From Thermoanaerobaculia bacterium (lineage in GTDB: Bacteria > Acidobacteriota > Thermoanaerobaculia > Multivoradales > Multivoraceae): a stretch of 64,000 nucleotides of DNA. Below the pieces are notes generated by a model. That model searched no databases, was not told the origin of the DNA, and worked only from the letters and a program-made list of their open reading frames with translations. This document shows positions 29,394 through 38,966 of the stretch, piece by piece. Location of the stretch: NCBI GenBank assembly GCA_963666565.1, contig OY762911.1, positions 4,288,001 through 4,352,000 on the forward strand, read 5' to 3'. How positions within the stretch are numbered: position 1 is the stretch's first letter; each line of letters opens with the position of its first letter. Position numbers and translations under genes: made by a program.

Positions 29394-30302
29394 ATGGGAA
29401 TCCTCGACGGCAAGACGGCGATCGTCACCGGCGCCGGCCGCGGCATCGGCAAGGGAATAGCGATCAAGTTCGCGGAAGAAGGCGCCAACGTGGTCGTCAA
29501 CGACCTGGGCGGCGCGACCGACGGCACCGGCGGTTCGCGGATCGCCGACGAGGTGGTCGAGGAGATCCGGAGCGCCGGCGGTTCGGCGGTTCCGAACTAC
29601 GACTCGGTGGCCACCGTCGAGGGCGGCCAGAGCATCTTCCAGACCGCGATCGACTCGTTCGGGGCGCTGGACATCCTGGTCAACAACGCCGGCATCCTGC
29701 GCGACCGGACGATCTTCAACCTGGAAGAGCCCGACTGGGACGCCGTGCTCGACGTCCACCTGAAGGGCCACTACTGCTGCAGCCGGCCGTTCGCCCGCTA
29801 CATCCGCGAGACGAACCGCCCGGGCTGCCGGATCATCAACTTCTCCTCCGTCTCCGGCCTCTACGGCAACTTCGGCCAGTCGAACTACGCGGCCGCCAAG
29901 GCGGGGATCGCCGGCCTGGCCCGGGTGCTTGCCCTGGAGTTGAACAAGTACGGCTGCACCGTGAACACGATCTCGCCGGGCGCCACGACCCGAATGACGG
30001 CGGACCTCCGCGCCTCGCGCGGCATGCAGATCGACGAGGACGCGCCGGAGCAGAGCCCGAACCAGATCGCGCCCGTCTGCGCCTGGCTGGCCTCGGACGC
30101 GGGCCAGGACATGACCGCTCAGATCATCGACGTCATGCGCGGCTGGGTCGGCATCATGCAGCAGCCCAAGGTGATCCGGAAGTTCAGCAAGGAAGGCATG
30201 TGGGACAACCGCGACATCGATCTGATCATGCCGCAGCTCCTCAAGGCGAAGCAGGAGCACGACGAGGCGGTCGACGCGAAGGCTGAGCCGACGCCGGTCT
30301 GA
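29394..30302 (+). CDS. SDR oxidoreductase resembling the MFE-2-type 3-hydroxyacyl-CoA dehydrogenase
   Basis: TGAGRGIG, VVVNDLG, NNAGILRD, GNFGQSNYAAAK. Confidence 0.88.
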   Translation: MGILDGKTAIVTGAGRGIGKGIAIKFAEEGANVVVNDLGGATDGTGGSRIADEVVEEIRSAGGSAVPNYDSVATVEGGQSIFQTAIDSFGALDILVNNAGILRDRTIFNLEEPDWDAVLDVHLKGHYCCSRPFARYIRETNRPGCRIINFSSVSGLYGNFGQSNYAAAKAGIAGLARVLALELNKYGCTVNTISPGATTRMTADLRASRGMQIDEDAPEQSPNQIAPVCAWLASDAGQDMTAQIIDVMRGWVGIMQQPKVIRKFSKEGMWDNRDIDLIMPQLLKAKQEHDEAVDAKAEPTPV

Positions 30303-30351
30303 GAGGAGCCGGCCGGGCGGCCGGCGCGTCTTCTGGCCGGCTACGCCGGCA

Positions 30352-30463
30352 GCGGGTCGGAAGACCCGCGCACCCAGTGCGGGTCGGAAGACCCGCGCAC
30401 CCGGTGCGGGTCGGAAGACCCGCGCACCCGGTGCGGGTCGGAAGACCCGCGTACCCGGTGCGG
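30352..30463 (-). repeat. Four head-to-tail 27-bp REP-like units
   Basis: GCGGGTCGGAAGACCCGCG(C/T)ACCC(A/G)GT four times with no spacers. Confidence 0.9.
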
Positions 30464-30464
30464 A

Positions 30465-30701
30465 TCAGGTCAGCCAGCGGACGTACCAGGGCGCTCCGTC
30501 GGCCTTGAGCTGCTCCTTGTAGCGCTGGCGTTCCAGCTTGCGCAGGAACGCCTCGCCCTTGTCGAAGCAGCAGTCCTTGTACTTCCGGCCGCTGCCGCAG
30601 GGGCAGGGTTCGTTCCGCTGCACCTTGCTGAAGCGCCGCGGCGCCGTGACGACCGACTTTCGGGTCGCTATCGCGTTGCTCAACCGTCTTCCGCGCTTCA
30701 T
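30465..30701 (-). CDS. Small SEC-C zinc-motif protein
   Basis: RNEPCPCGSGRKYKDCC. Confidence 0.8.
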   Translation of the reverse strand: MKRGRRLSNAIATRKSVVTAPRRFSKVQRNEPCPCGSGRKYKDCCFDKGEAFLRKLERQRYKEQLKADGAPWYVRWLT

Positions 30702-30903
30702 CGCACCATCCCCTGCCTGCCTGCATCCCGAGCGCCGTTCCCGGTTCGCGCCGCCGACGCCCGGCGGAACGCCGGGCGCCCGCCGATTGTAGCGTCGCTC
30801 GCTGCTACTCTACGAGCCGCGCCCGCCACGCCGCGACCGGAAAGCTCCAGGCGAGACGGCGGGCCTGCCGGCAACGACACCCGCGGACGATCACCAGGCC
30901 AAC

Positions 30904-32298
30904 ATGAGAATCTGCGTCGTCGGCTCCGGTTACGTCGGCCTGGTTACCGGGGCCTGCCTCGCCGACTTCGGCATGGACGTCGTCTGCGTCGACCAGGACG
31001 AGGCGAAGATCGCCCAACTCCAGGCCGGCGAGATCCCCATCTACGAGCCGGGCCTCAAGACCCTGGTCGCCAAGAACGAAGAGGCCGGCCGGCTGAGCTT
31101 CACGACCGATCTGGCGCCGGCGCTCGAATCCGCGGTCGCCGTGTTCATCGCGGTCGGCACGCCGCCCCGCGAGGACGGCTCCTCCGACCTGCGCTACGTG
31201 CGCGACGTGGCCCGGGCGATCTCCGGCCGGCTCGGCAGCTACAAGGCGATCGTCACGAAGAGCACGGTGCCCGTCGGCACCGGCCGGATGATCGAGGAGA
31301 TCGTTAGCGCGGGCCGCCGCCGCAACTTCTCCGTCGTCAGCAACCCGGAGTTCCTGCGCGAGGGCTCCGCGATCGAGGACTTCATGCGGCCGGACCGGCT
31401 CGTCATCGGCAGCCGCGACCGCCGCGCGACGGACATCATGCTGGAGATCTACTCTCCGCTCCGCGCCCGCGGCGTGCCGATCGTCGTCACCGACGTCGAG
31501 ACCGCGGAGATGATCAAGTACGCCTCGAACAGCTTCCTCGCCACCCGCATCTCCTTTATCAACGAGGTGGCGGAACTCTGCGAGCGAACCGGCGCCGACG
31601 TCCAGGTCGTGGCCCAGGGCATGGGCCTGGACCGGCGGATCGGTCCGCTGTTCCTCCGCCCCGGCCCCGGCTTCGGCGGCTCCTGCTTCCCGAAGGACAC
31701 CCGCGCCATGGCGTCGATGGCGCGGGACGCCGGCGCCCGGGTGCGGATCGTCGAGGCGACGCTCGAGGTCAACCGCCGCGTCCAGGAGCGGATGCTGCAC
31801 AAGATCGAGGCGGCGCTGGGAGACCCGGCGGGCAAGACCGTCGCCATGCTCGGCCTGTCCTTCAAGCCCGACACGGACGACATCCGGGAATCCCCGGCCC
31901 TGTTCGTGCTCGACCGGCTGCTGGCCCGCGGCGCCGCCGTGCGAGCGTACGATCCGGCGGCGATGGACAAGGCGCGCATCGTCCGACCCGAGGCGGTCTA
32001 CTGCCGCGATCCGTACGAGGCCGCGGAAGGCGCCGACCTGCTGGCCATCCTCACCGAGTGGAACCAGTTCCGCGCGCTCGAGTTCGACCGCCTGCGGCGC
32101 CTGCTGCGGCAGCCGAAGGTCGTCGATCTGCGGAACCTCTACGATCCCGAACGGGTCGCCGCGGCCGGCCTCGGCTACTCCTCGCTCGGACGCGCCGACG
32201 CCGCGGCGGGCGGCGCCGGGGCCAACGACGCGGCCATGCCCGACGGCGCGCCGGCGGTCGCCGCGGCCCACGTCCCGGCGGGAGCGAAGGCGTCGTGA
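30904..32298 (+). CDS. ugd: UDP-glucose 6-dehydrogenase
   Basis: [46 protein letters not shown]. Confidence 0.93.
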   Translation: MRICVVGSGYVGLVTGACLADFGMDVVCVDQDEAKIAQLQAGEIPIYEPGLKTLVAKNEEAGRLSFTTDLAPALESAVAVFIAVGTPPREDGSSDLRYVRDVARAISGRLGSYKAIVTKSTVPVGTGRMIEEIVSAGRRRNFSVVSNPEFLREGSAIEDFMRPDRLVIGSRDRRATDIMLEIYSPLRARGVPIVVTDVETAEMIKYASNSFLATRISFINEVAELCERTGADVQVVAQGMGLDRRIGPLFLRPGPGFGGSCFPKDTRAMASMARDAGARVRIVEATLEVNRRVQERMLHKIEAALGDPAGKTVAMLGLSFKPDTDDIRESPALFVLDRLLARGAAVRAYDPAAMDKARIVRPEAVYCRDPYEAAEGADLLAILTEWNQFRALEFDRLRRLLRQPKVVDLRNLYDPERVAAAGLGYSSLGRADAAAGGAGANDAAMPDGAPAVAAAHVPAGAKAS

Positions 32299-33251
32299 GC
32301 CAGCCGCTCTCCGTCGTCACCGGCGGCGCCGGGTTCATCGGCTCCCACCTCTGCGAACGGCTGCTCGCCGAGGGCCACCGGGTCTACTGCGTCGACAACT
32401 TCATCACCGGCAGCCCGGCGAACATCGAACACCTCCGCGACGACGAGCGCTTCACCCTGATCGAGCACGACGTCAGCAAGCCGGTCTACGTGGGCCCCGA
32501 CGTCGACAACGTCCTTCACTTCGCCTCGCCGGCGAGCCCGGTCGACTACCTGGAACTGCCCATCCAGACGCTCAAGGTCGGATCGCTCGGCACCCACAAC
32601 TCGCTCGGCCTGGCCAAGCACCACGGCGCCCGCTACCTGCTGGCCTCGACGTCGGAGGTCTACGGCGACCCGCTGGTCCACCCGCAGCCGGAGTCCTACT
32701 GGGGCAACGTGAACCCGGTCGGCCCGCGCGGCGTCTACGACGAGGCGAAGCGCTTCGCCGAAGCGATGGTCATGGCCTACCACCGGATCCACGCGCTGGA
32801 CACCCGGATCGTCCGCATCTTCAACACCTACGGGCCGCGCATGAGGCTGCGGGACGGGCGCGTGGTGCCGAACTTCATCCGCCAGGCGCTGTCCGGGAAG
32901 CCGCTGACCGTCTACGGCGACGGCGCCCAGACGCGCTCCTTCTGCTACATCGACGACCTGGTCGAGGGCGTGTGGCGGCTGCTGAACTCGTCGGAGACCG
33001 ACCCGGTCAACCTGGGCAACCCGCGCGAGATGACGGTGCTCGAGTTCGCCCAGGTGATCCGGGGCCTGACCGGCAGCCGCAGCGAGATCGAGTTTCAGCC
33101 CCTGCCCGTCGACGACCCGAAGACGCGCCAGCCGGACATCGGCCGCGCCTCCGGCCTGCTCGACTGGACGCCCCGAGTCGACCTGGAGAAGGGTCTGGAG
33201 AAGACGATCCGCTACTTCGCGGGCCTGCTGGACGACCAGGCCGGGCTGTAG
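32295..33251 (+). CDS. UDP-glucuronate decarboxylase (UDP-xylose synthase-like)
   Basis: [53 protein letters not shown]. Confidence 0.88.
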   Translation: MSQPLSVVTGGAGFIGSHLCERLLAEGHRVYCVDNFITGSPANIEHLRDDERFTLIEHDVSKPVYVGPDVDNVLHFASPASPVDYLELPIQTLKVGSLGTHNSLGLAKHHGARYLLASTSEVYGDPLVHPQPESYWGNVNPVGPRGVYDEAKRFAEAMVMAYHRIHALDTRIVRIFNTYGPRMRLRDGRVVPNFIRQALSGKPLTVYGDGAQTRSFCYIDDLVEGVWRLLNSSETDPVNLGNPREMTVLEFAQVIRGLTGSRSEIEFQPLPVDDPKTRQPDIGRASGLLDWTPRVDLEKGLEKTIRYFAGLLDDQAGL

Positions 33252-33260
33252 GATCGGAGC

Positions 33261-33811
33261 ATGAACCTCATCGGCTCCAGACCTTCGCCCTCCTCCGCCT
33301 TCGCCTTCATCGCCGCCGCCGCTCTCGCCGCGACGGCGCTCGCCGCCGACCCGGCGGCGGCCCAGGACGAACGGATGGCCGGCATCTGGCAGAAGGACAT
33401 CGCGCGCAGCGACGCGCCCTGGCCGGGACGCCCGGACCGGCCGCAGCCGAACGCGGCCGACATCGAAGTCGAGATCAGCCTGGTCGGCGACGACGTCGAG
33501 TTGATTCAGACCGCCCGCAGGCGCGACTGGCCCACTCCCCAGCACACCGACGTGACCTACGTCACGGACAACAAGCCCCACGCGGCGGCCGACTTGGCCA
33601 GCGGCAGAATGCAGGAAGTGCGGGCCAGGTGGCGGAAGAAGAAACTGACGTTTCGTTCACGGTCAGCCTGCCGGGCTTCGAGGCGGACGTGCAGCAGATC
33701 TGGGAGATAACCAAGCAGGGCGACCTGTTGCAGACGAACTTCGGGCGCGGCGCCGAGGGCCGCCCGGACATCCGCAGGAACTACTTCGTGCGCGCCACCG
33801 CCGTCCAGTAG
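33261..33811 (+). pseudogene. Secreted hypothetical protein with an apparent 1-bp frameshift near 33650
   Basis: Signal peptide; ...WRKKKLT continues sensibly in the -1 frame as VSFTVSLPGFEADVQQIWEI...RNYFVRATAVQ. Confidence 0.6.
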
Positions 33812-33899
33812 CCGGACCTCGCCCACGCCAAACCAACGAACGAACCGGTCCGGCGTCGAGCCACGCCGACGCGGGCCGCGAGGCAAGGAGTAACCAGGA

Positions 33900-34943
33900 A
33901 TGCGCACAGCCATCGGCATCGGGAGTGCCTACGCCTCCGGAACGAACTGGGACGCCCTGACGGAGTACGTCGTCGAGGCGGACCGCATGGGCATCGACGA
34001 CGTCTGGTCGGCCGAGGCCTGGGGCACCGACGCGGTGACCCCGCTCGCCTTCCTCGCCGGGCGGACCGAGCGGGTGCGCCTCGGCACCGGCATCATGCAG
34101 ATCTCGGCGCGCGCGCCCTCGATGACCGCGATGACCGCGATGTCGCTGGCGTCCATCTCGAAGGAGCGCTTCGTGCTCGGTCTCGGCGTCAGCGGCCCGC
34201 AGGTCGTCGAAGGGCTCCACGGCGTGCCGTTCGCCATGCCGCTGGGCCGCCTGCGCGAGTACGTCGACATTCTGAAGATCGCCCTGTCGGGCGAGAAGAT
34301 CGCCTACGACGGCAGGCACTACACGCTGCCCCGTCCGGGCGGCGAGGGAAAGGCGATCCGCATGTCGCAGCCGCCCCGGCCCGACCTGCCGATCTACCTC
34401 GCGACCCTCGGTCCGAAGTCCCTGGAGTACACCGGCGAGGTCGCCGACGGCTGGCTCGGCACGTCCTTCATCCCGGAACACACGGACGCCTTCTTCCCGG
34501 CGATGCGCGCCGGCGCCGAGCGTGCCGGCCGGTCGCTCGACGACGTCGACGTCCAGGTCGGCGGCGACGTCGAGTTCGGCGACGACCTGGAGCGGATGGC
34601 CGCCCGCCGCAAGCCGGCGATGGCCTTCACCCTGGGGGCGATGGGCTCGGCGCAGACGAACTTCTACAACGATGCCTACCGTCGCGCCGGCTTCATCGAT
34701 GCCGCCCGCGAGGTGCAGGCCCTGTGGATCTCCCGCAAGCGCGAGGAGGCCGCGGCACGGGTTCCCGACGAGATGGTGCTCGGCAACAACCTGATCGGCA
34801 ACGAGGCGCGGATCCGCGAACGCATCCGCGCCTACCGGGACGCCGGCGTCACGACGCTGCGCCTCAACCCCGCCGGGGGCACCGTTCGCGAGCGGCTCGA
34901 CACGCTGGGCCGGTTTCTGGAACTGGTCCGCGAGGAGGGATGA
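33900..34943 (+). CDS. LLM-class flavin/F420-dependent oxidoreductase
   Basis: WSAEAWGTDA.TPLA, LGTGIMQISAR, LGLGVSGPQVVEG.HG, GEVADGW. Confidence 0.9.
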   Translation: MRTAIGIGSAYASGTNWDALTEYVVEADRMGIDDVWSAEAWGTDAVTPLAFLAGRTERVRLGTGIMQISARAPSMTAMTAMSLASISKERFVLGLGVSGPQVVEGLHGVPFAMPLGRLREYVDILKIALSGEKIAYDGRHYTLPRPGGEGKAIRMSQPPRPDLPIYLATLGPKSLEYTGEVADGWLGTSFIPEHTDAFFPAMRAGAERAGRSLDDVDVQVGGDVEFGDDLERMAARRKPAMAFTLGAMGSAQTNFYNDAYRRAGFIDAAREVQALWISRKREEAAARVPDEMVLGNNLIGNEARIRERIRAYRDAGVTTLRLNPAGGTVRERLDTLGRFLELVREEG

Positions 34944-35620
34944 ACTTCCCGGCGCGGCACGGCCCGGAACTCCTCGCGCACGCCGAGCGGAACCTGGGGC
35001 GTTTCGAGCAGCGCGCCCTCGACCCGGAAGCCGCGGCGGCGCGGGCCGCGGAGGCTTCCGGCCACACCGGCGCCGCGCCGGCCAACGCGCACGCCGCGGT
35101 CGCGGTGACGCTGCTGCCCGACAAGGGCGGCCGCGGCTGCTTCCTGCTCACCCGGCGGTCGCTCCGGCTGCGGCGGCACCGCGGGCAGTGGGCGCTGCCC
35201 GGCGGCCGGATCGACGAGGAGGAGACGCCCGAGCAGGCCGCGCTTCGCGAACTCCACGAGGAGGTCGGGCTGGACCTCGACCCCGGCGCCGTCCTCGGTC
35301 GCCTGGACGACTTCGGCACCCGTTCCGGCTTCGTCATCACCCCGGTCGTCTTCTGGTGCGACGGCTACCGCGAACTGGCGCCGAATCCGGCCGAGGTCTA
35401 CCGGGCCTATCGCATCCCCCTGATCGACCTGGACCGCCCGGACGTGCCGGTGCTGCGGGAGATACCGGAGAGCGAGAACCCCGTGCTCTCCATGCCGATC
35501 CGCGGCGGCCTCGTCCATTCGCCGACCGCGGCGATCGTCTACCAGATGCTCGAGGTGGTGTTGCGCGGCAACGACGTCCGCGTGGCCCACTACGAGCAGC
35601 CGGTGTTCGCGTGGCGCTGA
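34940..35620 (+). CDS. NUDIX CoA-pyrophosphatase-like hydrolase
   Basis: RHRGQWALPGGRIDEEETPEQAALRELHEEVG Nudix box; NPAEV. Confidence 0.88.
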   Translation: MNFPARHGPELLAHAERNLGRFEQRALDPEAAAARAAEASGHTGAAPANAHAAVAVTLLPDKGGRGCFLLTRRSLRLRRHRGQWALPGGRIDEEETPEQAALRELHEEVGLDLDPGAVLGRLDDFGTRSGFVITPVVFWCDGYRELAPNPAEVYRAYRIPLIDLDRPDVPVLREIPESENPVLSMPIRGGLVHSPTAAIVYQMLEVVLRGNDVRVAHYEQPVFAWR

Positions 35621-35624
35621 CTCG

Positions 35625-36764
35625 ATGACCGGGCGCCACCCGCTCGACGGCGTCCTCGTCGTGGCCATCGAGCAGGCGGTGGCGGCGCCGCTGGCCACCT
35701 GCCGGTTGGCCGACGCCGGGGCGCGGGTCATCAAGGTCGAACGCGAGGGCGGCGACTTCGCCCGCGGCTACGACGGCAGCGGCGGTGTCTCGGCCTACTT
35801 CGCCTGGCTGAACCGCGGCAAGGAGTCCATCGTTCTCGACATCAAGGACGCGGGCGACAGAACCCTGCTCGAACGGATGATCGAGCGCGCGGATGTGTTC
35901 ATCCAGAACCTCGCTCCGGGCGCCGCCGCGCGCGCCGGCATCGGGTCGAAGGACCTCGGCAAGCGTCATCCCCGGCTGATCACCTGCGACATCTCCGGGT
36001 ACGGCGAGGAGGGTCCGTACCGGTCGATGCGCGCCTACGACCTCCTGGTCCAGGCCGAGAGCGGCGTCGCATCGATCACCGGTTCGCCGGAGGAGCCAGG
36101 ACGTGTCGGCGTATCGATCTGCGACTTCGCCACCGGCATCTACGCCTACTCCGCCATCCTCGAAGCCCTGATCGAGCGCGAGAGTACCGGCGCCGGCCGC
36201 AACGTCGAGGCCACCCTCTTCCACACGATGGCGGACTGGATGGCCGTGCCCCTGCTCAGCTTCGAGCAGCAGGGTCTCGACTGGCCGCGAGTCGGCCTCG
36301 GCCACCCGACGATCGTGCCCTACGGCCTGTTCCGGCTCGGTGACGGCGACTCCGTCCTGATCGGCGTCCAGAACGACCGCGAGTTCGTGCGGCTGTGCAA
36401 CGAGGTTCTCGACCGGCCGGAACTGGCCGACGCCTATCCGCGGAACGTGGACCGCGCCAATGCCCGCGACACCGTCGAAGGCGCGATCGGCGCCGTCTTC
36501 CGGCGACACGACCGCGCTTCGATCCAGGCCGCCCTGAACCAGGCCCGCATCGCCTACGGCTTCCTGAACGACGTGGCCGCGCTGTCGCGCCATCCACAAC
36601 TCCGCCGGGCCAGGCAACCTCTCCCCGACGGCACCGAGATCGACATGGTCGCACCCGCCGCCGCCCCCTACGAACCGGGAAGACGCCTGCCGCCGGTTCC
36701 CGAACTGGACGAGCACGGCGCCGCGGTCCGCGCCGAGTTCGGGACCGGCCCCGGGGCCGCGTAG
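35625..36764 (+). CDS. Class III CoA-transferase (CaiB/BaiF)
   Basis: LADAGARVIKVER, NRGKES, ISGYG..GPY, AYDLLVQAESG. Confidence 0.9.
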   Translation: MTGRHPLDGVLVVAIEQAVAAPLATCRLADAGARVIKVEREGGDFARGYDGSGGVSAYFAWLNRGKESIVLDIKDAGDRTLLERMIERADVFIQNLAPGAAARAGIGSKDLGKRHPRLITCDISGYGEEGPYRSMRAYDLLVQAESGVASITGSPEEPGRVGVSICDFATGIYAYSAILEALIERESTGAGRNVEATLFHTMADWMAVPLLSFEQQGLDWPRVGLGHPTIVPYGLFRLGDGDSVLIGVQNDREFVRLCNEVLDRPELADAYPRNVDRANARDTVEGAIGAVFRRHDRASIQAALNQARIAYGFLNDVAALSRHPQLRRARQPLPDGTEIDMVAPAAAPYEPGRRLPPVPELDEHGAAVRAEFGTGPGAA

Positions 36765-36780
36765 GGCTGCGGTAAGTGCC

Positions 36781-36953
36781 GCCTGCGGCGGTCCGGGGGA
36801 AGGGTGCCAGCGGACGCTCACGCTTTCTTGGTGGTTGGGAGGTGAGCGCTCGCTTCGGTCGGCTGCGCTCCGTCAGGTCGGAGGTAGGCGTACGGGCATC
36901 GGGCGTCGCTTGCCTCCAGCCCGCTGGCACCCTTCCCCCGGACCGCCGCAGGC
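36781..36953. mobile_element. 173-bp MITE-like element with 33-bp perfect terminal inverted repeats
   Basis: 36781-36813 GCCTGCGGCGGTCCGGGGGAAGGGTGCCAGCGG is the exact reverse complement of 36921-36953; no transposase and no obvious target-site duplication. Confidence 0.55.
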
Positions 36954-36985
36954 TGGACGACCTGCCGTGAACGCGGCCTCGCTCC

Positions 36986-37873
36986 TTACAGGGTGGCGTG
37001 GCCCGCGACCAAGGTGATCCAGATCAGAGGCAGAACGACCAGCGAACCGAGAAAGAGGGTCCGGGCGCGTGCGCGGCTGCGGTCGGACGCAAACCGCATG
37101 GCGAACAGAGCGAAGACACCGCTGAAAGCGGCGGCCGCGATGGCGAAGGCCGCAGGTGTGAGGCCAACGGCGGACGCGAGAAGACAGAGGGCGGCCAGCA
37201 GGAGGGCCCAGAGGAGAGAGTGCGTTGCCGTCCGGCCACCGTCCGGATCCGTTGCGGCCAGTACCCTGAAACCCGCCCTCGCGTAGTCATCGCGGTGCAG
37301 CCAGGCCAAGGAGTGGAAGTGCGGGAGCTGCCAGGCGAAGACGATGCCGAAGAGGAGCCAGGCCTCGACGGTCAGGGCGCCGGTCGCGGCGGCCCAGCCG
37401 ATCACCGGCGGCAGGGCGCCGGGCACCGCGCCGGCGAGAACGGCCAACGACGTTCGGCGCTTGAGCGGCGTGTAGATCCAGGCGTAGCTGACGAGGGTCG
37501 CCAGCGCCACGACCGCGGAGAGCGGGTTGGCGCCGAGGGCGAGGACGGCGAGGCCCGCGACGCTCAGAACGGTGGCGAAGAGCTGGCCCGCCGCCGGCGA
37601 GATGCCGCCCAGGGGCAGCGGCCGGAAGCGGGTGCGGATCATCAGGGCGTCGAGGTCGCGCTCCGCAACCTGGTTGAACGCGGCGCCGCCGGCGGCGACT
37701 AGACCGGAGCCAGCCAGGACGGAGAGAAGGACTCCCAGGTCGAGCGCGCCGGCCCCGAGGTAGTAGCCGATACCGACGGTGGCAACGGCCAGGGCATTAA
37801 GCCGCGGCTTGGTCAGCGCCAGCCACAGGGCGGCGCGATTCGGCCGTGCCGCTTCCGCGGCGAGGAGCGTCAC
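36986..37873 (-). CDS. ctaB: Heme o synthase (protoheme IX farnesyltransferase)
   Basis: LTKPR, NQVAERDLDALM.RT.FRPLP, YTPLKRRT, GALPPVIGW, WQLPHF. Confidence 0.92.
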   Translation of the reverse strand: MTLLAAEAARPNRAALWLALTKPRLNALAVATVGIGYYLGAGALDLGVLLSVLAGSGLVAAGGAAFNQVAERDLDALMIRTRFRPLPLGGISPAAGQLFATVLSVAGLAVLALGANPLSAVVALATLVSYAWIYTPLKRRTSLAVLAGAVPGALPPVIGWAAATGALTVEAWLLFGIVFAWQLPHFHSLAWLHRDDYARAGFRVLAATDPDGGRTATHSLLWALLLAALCLLASAVGLTPAAFAIAAAAFSGVFALFAMRFASDRSRARARTLFLGSLVVLPLIWITLVAGHATL

Positions 37874-38847
37874 GCGGGAACCCGCCCGGGGGCGTCGCCG
37901 TTGCTCGTCGCGAAGCGGGTCGCCCGGATCGCCGAAGCGTCGCCGAACCAGGCCCGATGCACCCGCAGCGCCAGCGCCACCGAGACGACCCACAGCAGGC
38001 CGCCGGTCGCCACGTGCGCGGTGTTGACGTGCGGCTGCAGGCCGCTCCACACCGTCCATGCGCCGAGGCCGACCTGAGCCAGCAGCACCGTTCCCAGGAG
38101 CAAGGCCGGGCGGACGAGTTCCGGCCGGTGGCGATGAGCCCCGAGCACCCGCGCGATCAGGGCCACCGCCGCGACGGTCACGGCGACGGCGCCCAGCCGA
38201 TGCGCGAAGTGCAGGGCGATGCCCAGGCTCCACTCCGGCGGCAGCAGCCGGCCGAACGCCAGCGGGAAGTCCGGAATGGCGAGCCCGGCGTCGTTGTGGC
38301 GCATCGTCGCGCCGAGGAGGATCTGGACGTACACGAGAGCCGGAACGGCGAGCGCCAGCCGCGCCAGCAGCCGGTCGTTCAGCGGCGCCTGCCGCCCGAA
38401 GCCCGCCCGCCAGCCCGGCGACGTGAAGACGCCCAGGCTCACGACGAGGGCGAAGAAGAGCTGGGCCAGACCGGCATGGCTGATCGAGATCGGTTTCGGC
38501 AGCAGGTAGATCACCGTGATGCCGCCGAGCAGGCCCTGCGCGATGACCGCGGCGAGCGCCGTCCAGGCCAGCCGGCGCACCCAGGCGCGGGTCTCAACGC
38601 GGGAAGCCCACACCGCCAGACCGATCGTCATCAGCCCGACCACGCTGGCGATCAGGCGGTGGCCGTGCTCGTAGAGGATGCCGCCCACCATCTTCGAGAA
38701 CGGGAAGGCGAACATGAAGTAGCCGTAGGTGTTCGGCCAGTCGGGAACGGCGAGCCCCGAGTCCGTGCTGGTGACCAGGCCGCCGGCCGCGATCAGCAGC
38801 AGGGACGCCGCGGCCAGCAGCCGGAGGTAGTGGTGCAGCCAGCGCAC
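37870..38847 (-). CDS. ctaA: Heme A synthase (COX15/CtaA family)
   Basis: GGLVTSTDSGLAVPDWP, EHGHRLIA, QGLLGGITV, HFAHR. Confidence 0.88.
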   Translation of the reverse strand: MRWLHHYLRLLAAASLLLIAAGGLVTSTDSGLAVPDWPNTYGYFMFAFPFSKMVGGILYEHGHRLIASVVGLMTIGLAVWASRVETRAWVRRLAWTALAAVIAQGLLGGITVIYLLPKPISISHAGLAQLFFALVVSLGVFTSPGWRAGFGRQAPLNDRLLARLALAVPALVYVQILLGATMRHNDAGLAIPDFPLAFGRLLPPEWSLGIALHFAHRLGAVAVTVAAVALIARVLGAHRHRPELVRPALLLGTVLLAQVGLGAWTVWSGLQPHVNTAHVATGGLLWVVSVALALRVHRAWFGDASAIRATRFATSNGDAPGRVPA

Positions 38848-38879
38848 GACCGGCGGACTCTATCCGCGCAGCCGCACGC

Positions 38880-38946
38880 CTGGGTGCGCGGGTCTTCTGA
38901 CCCGCTGCCGCCGCAGGCGGCGGAAGAACGCCGCCGCGAAGCGGCG
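38880..38946 (+). repeat. REP-like element (family A) with downstream hairpins
   Basis: CTGGGTGCGCGGGTCTTCTGACCCGC followed by GCCGCGAAGCGGC. Confidence 0.75.
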
Positions 38947-38966
38947 ACTTCAAAACCCGCAGTTCT

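Noticed and set aside
30352-30463. Possible CRISPR array
   Set aside because: The repeats are contiguous with no unique spacers, there are no cas genes, and the same unit is dispersed as REP-like singletons.
36986-37270. Apparently AT-richer codons in the 3' part of ctaB
   Set aside because: A by-eye impression in a short hydrophobic segment; insufficient to claim recombination without a GC3 calculation.
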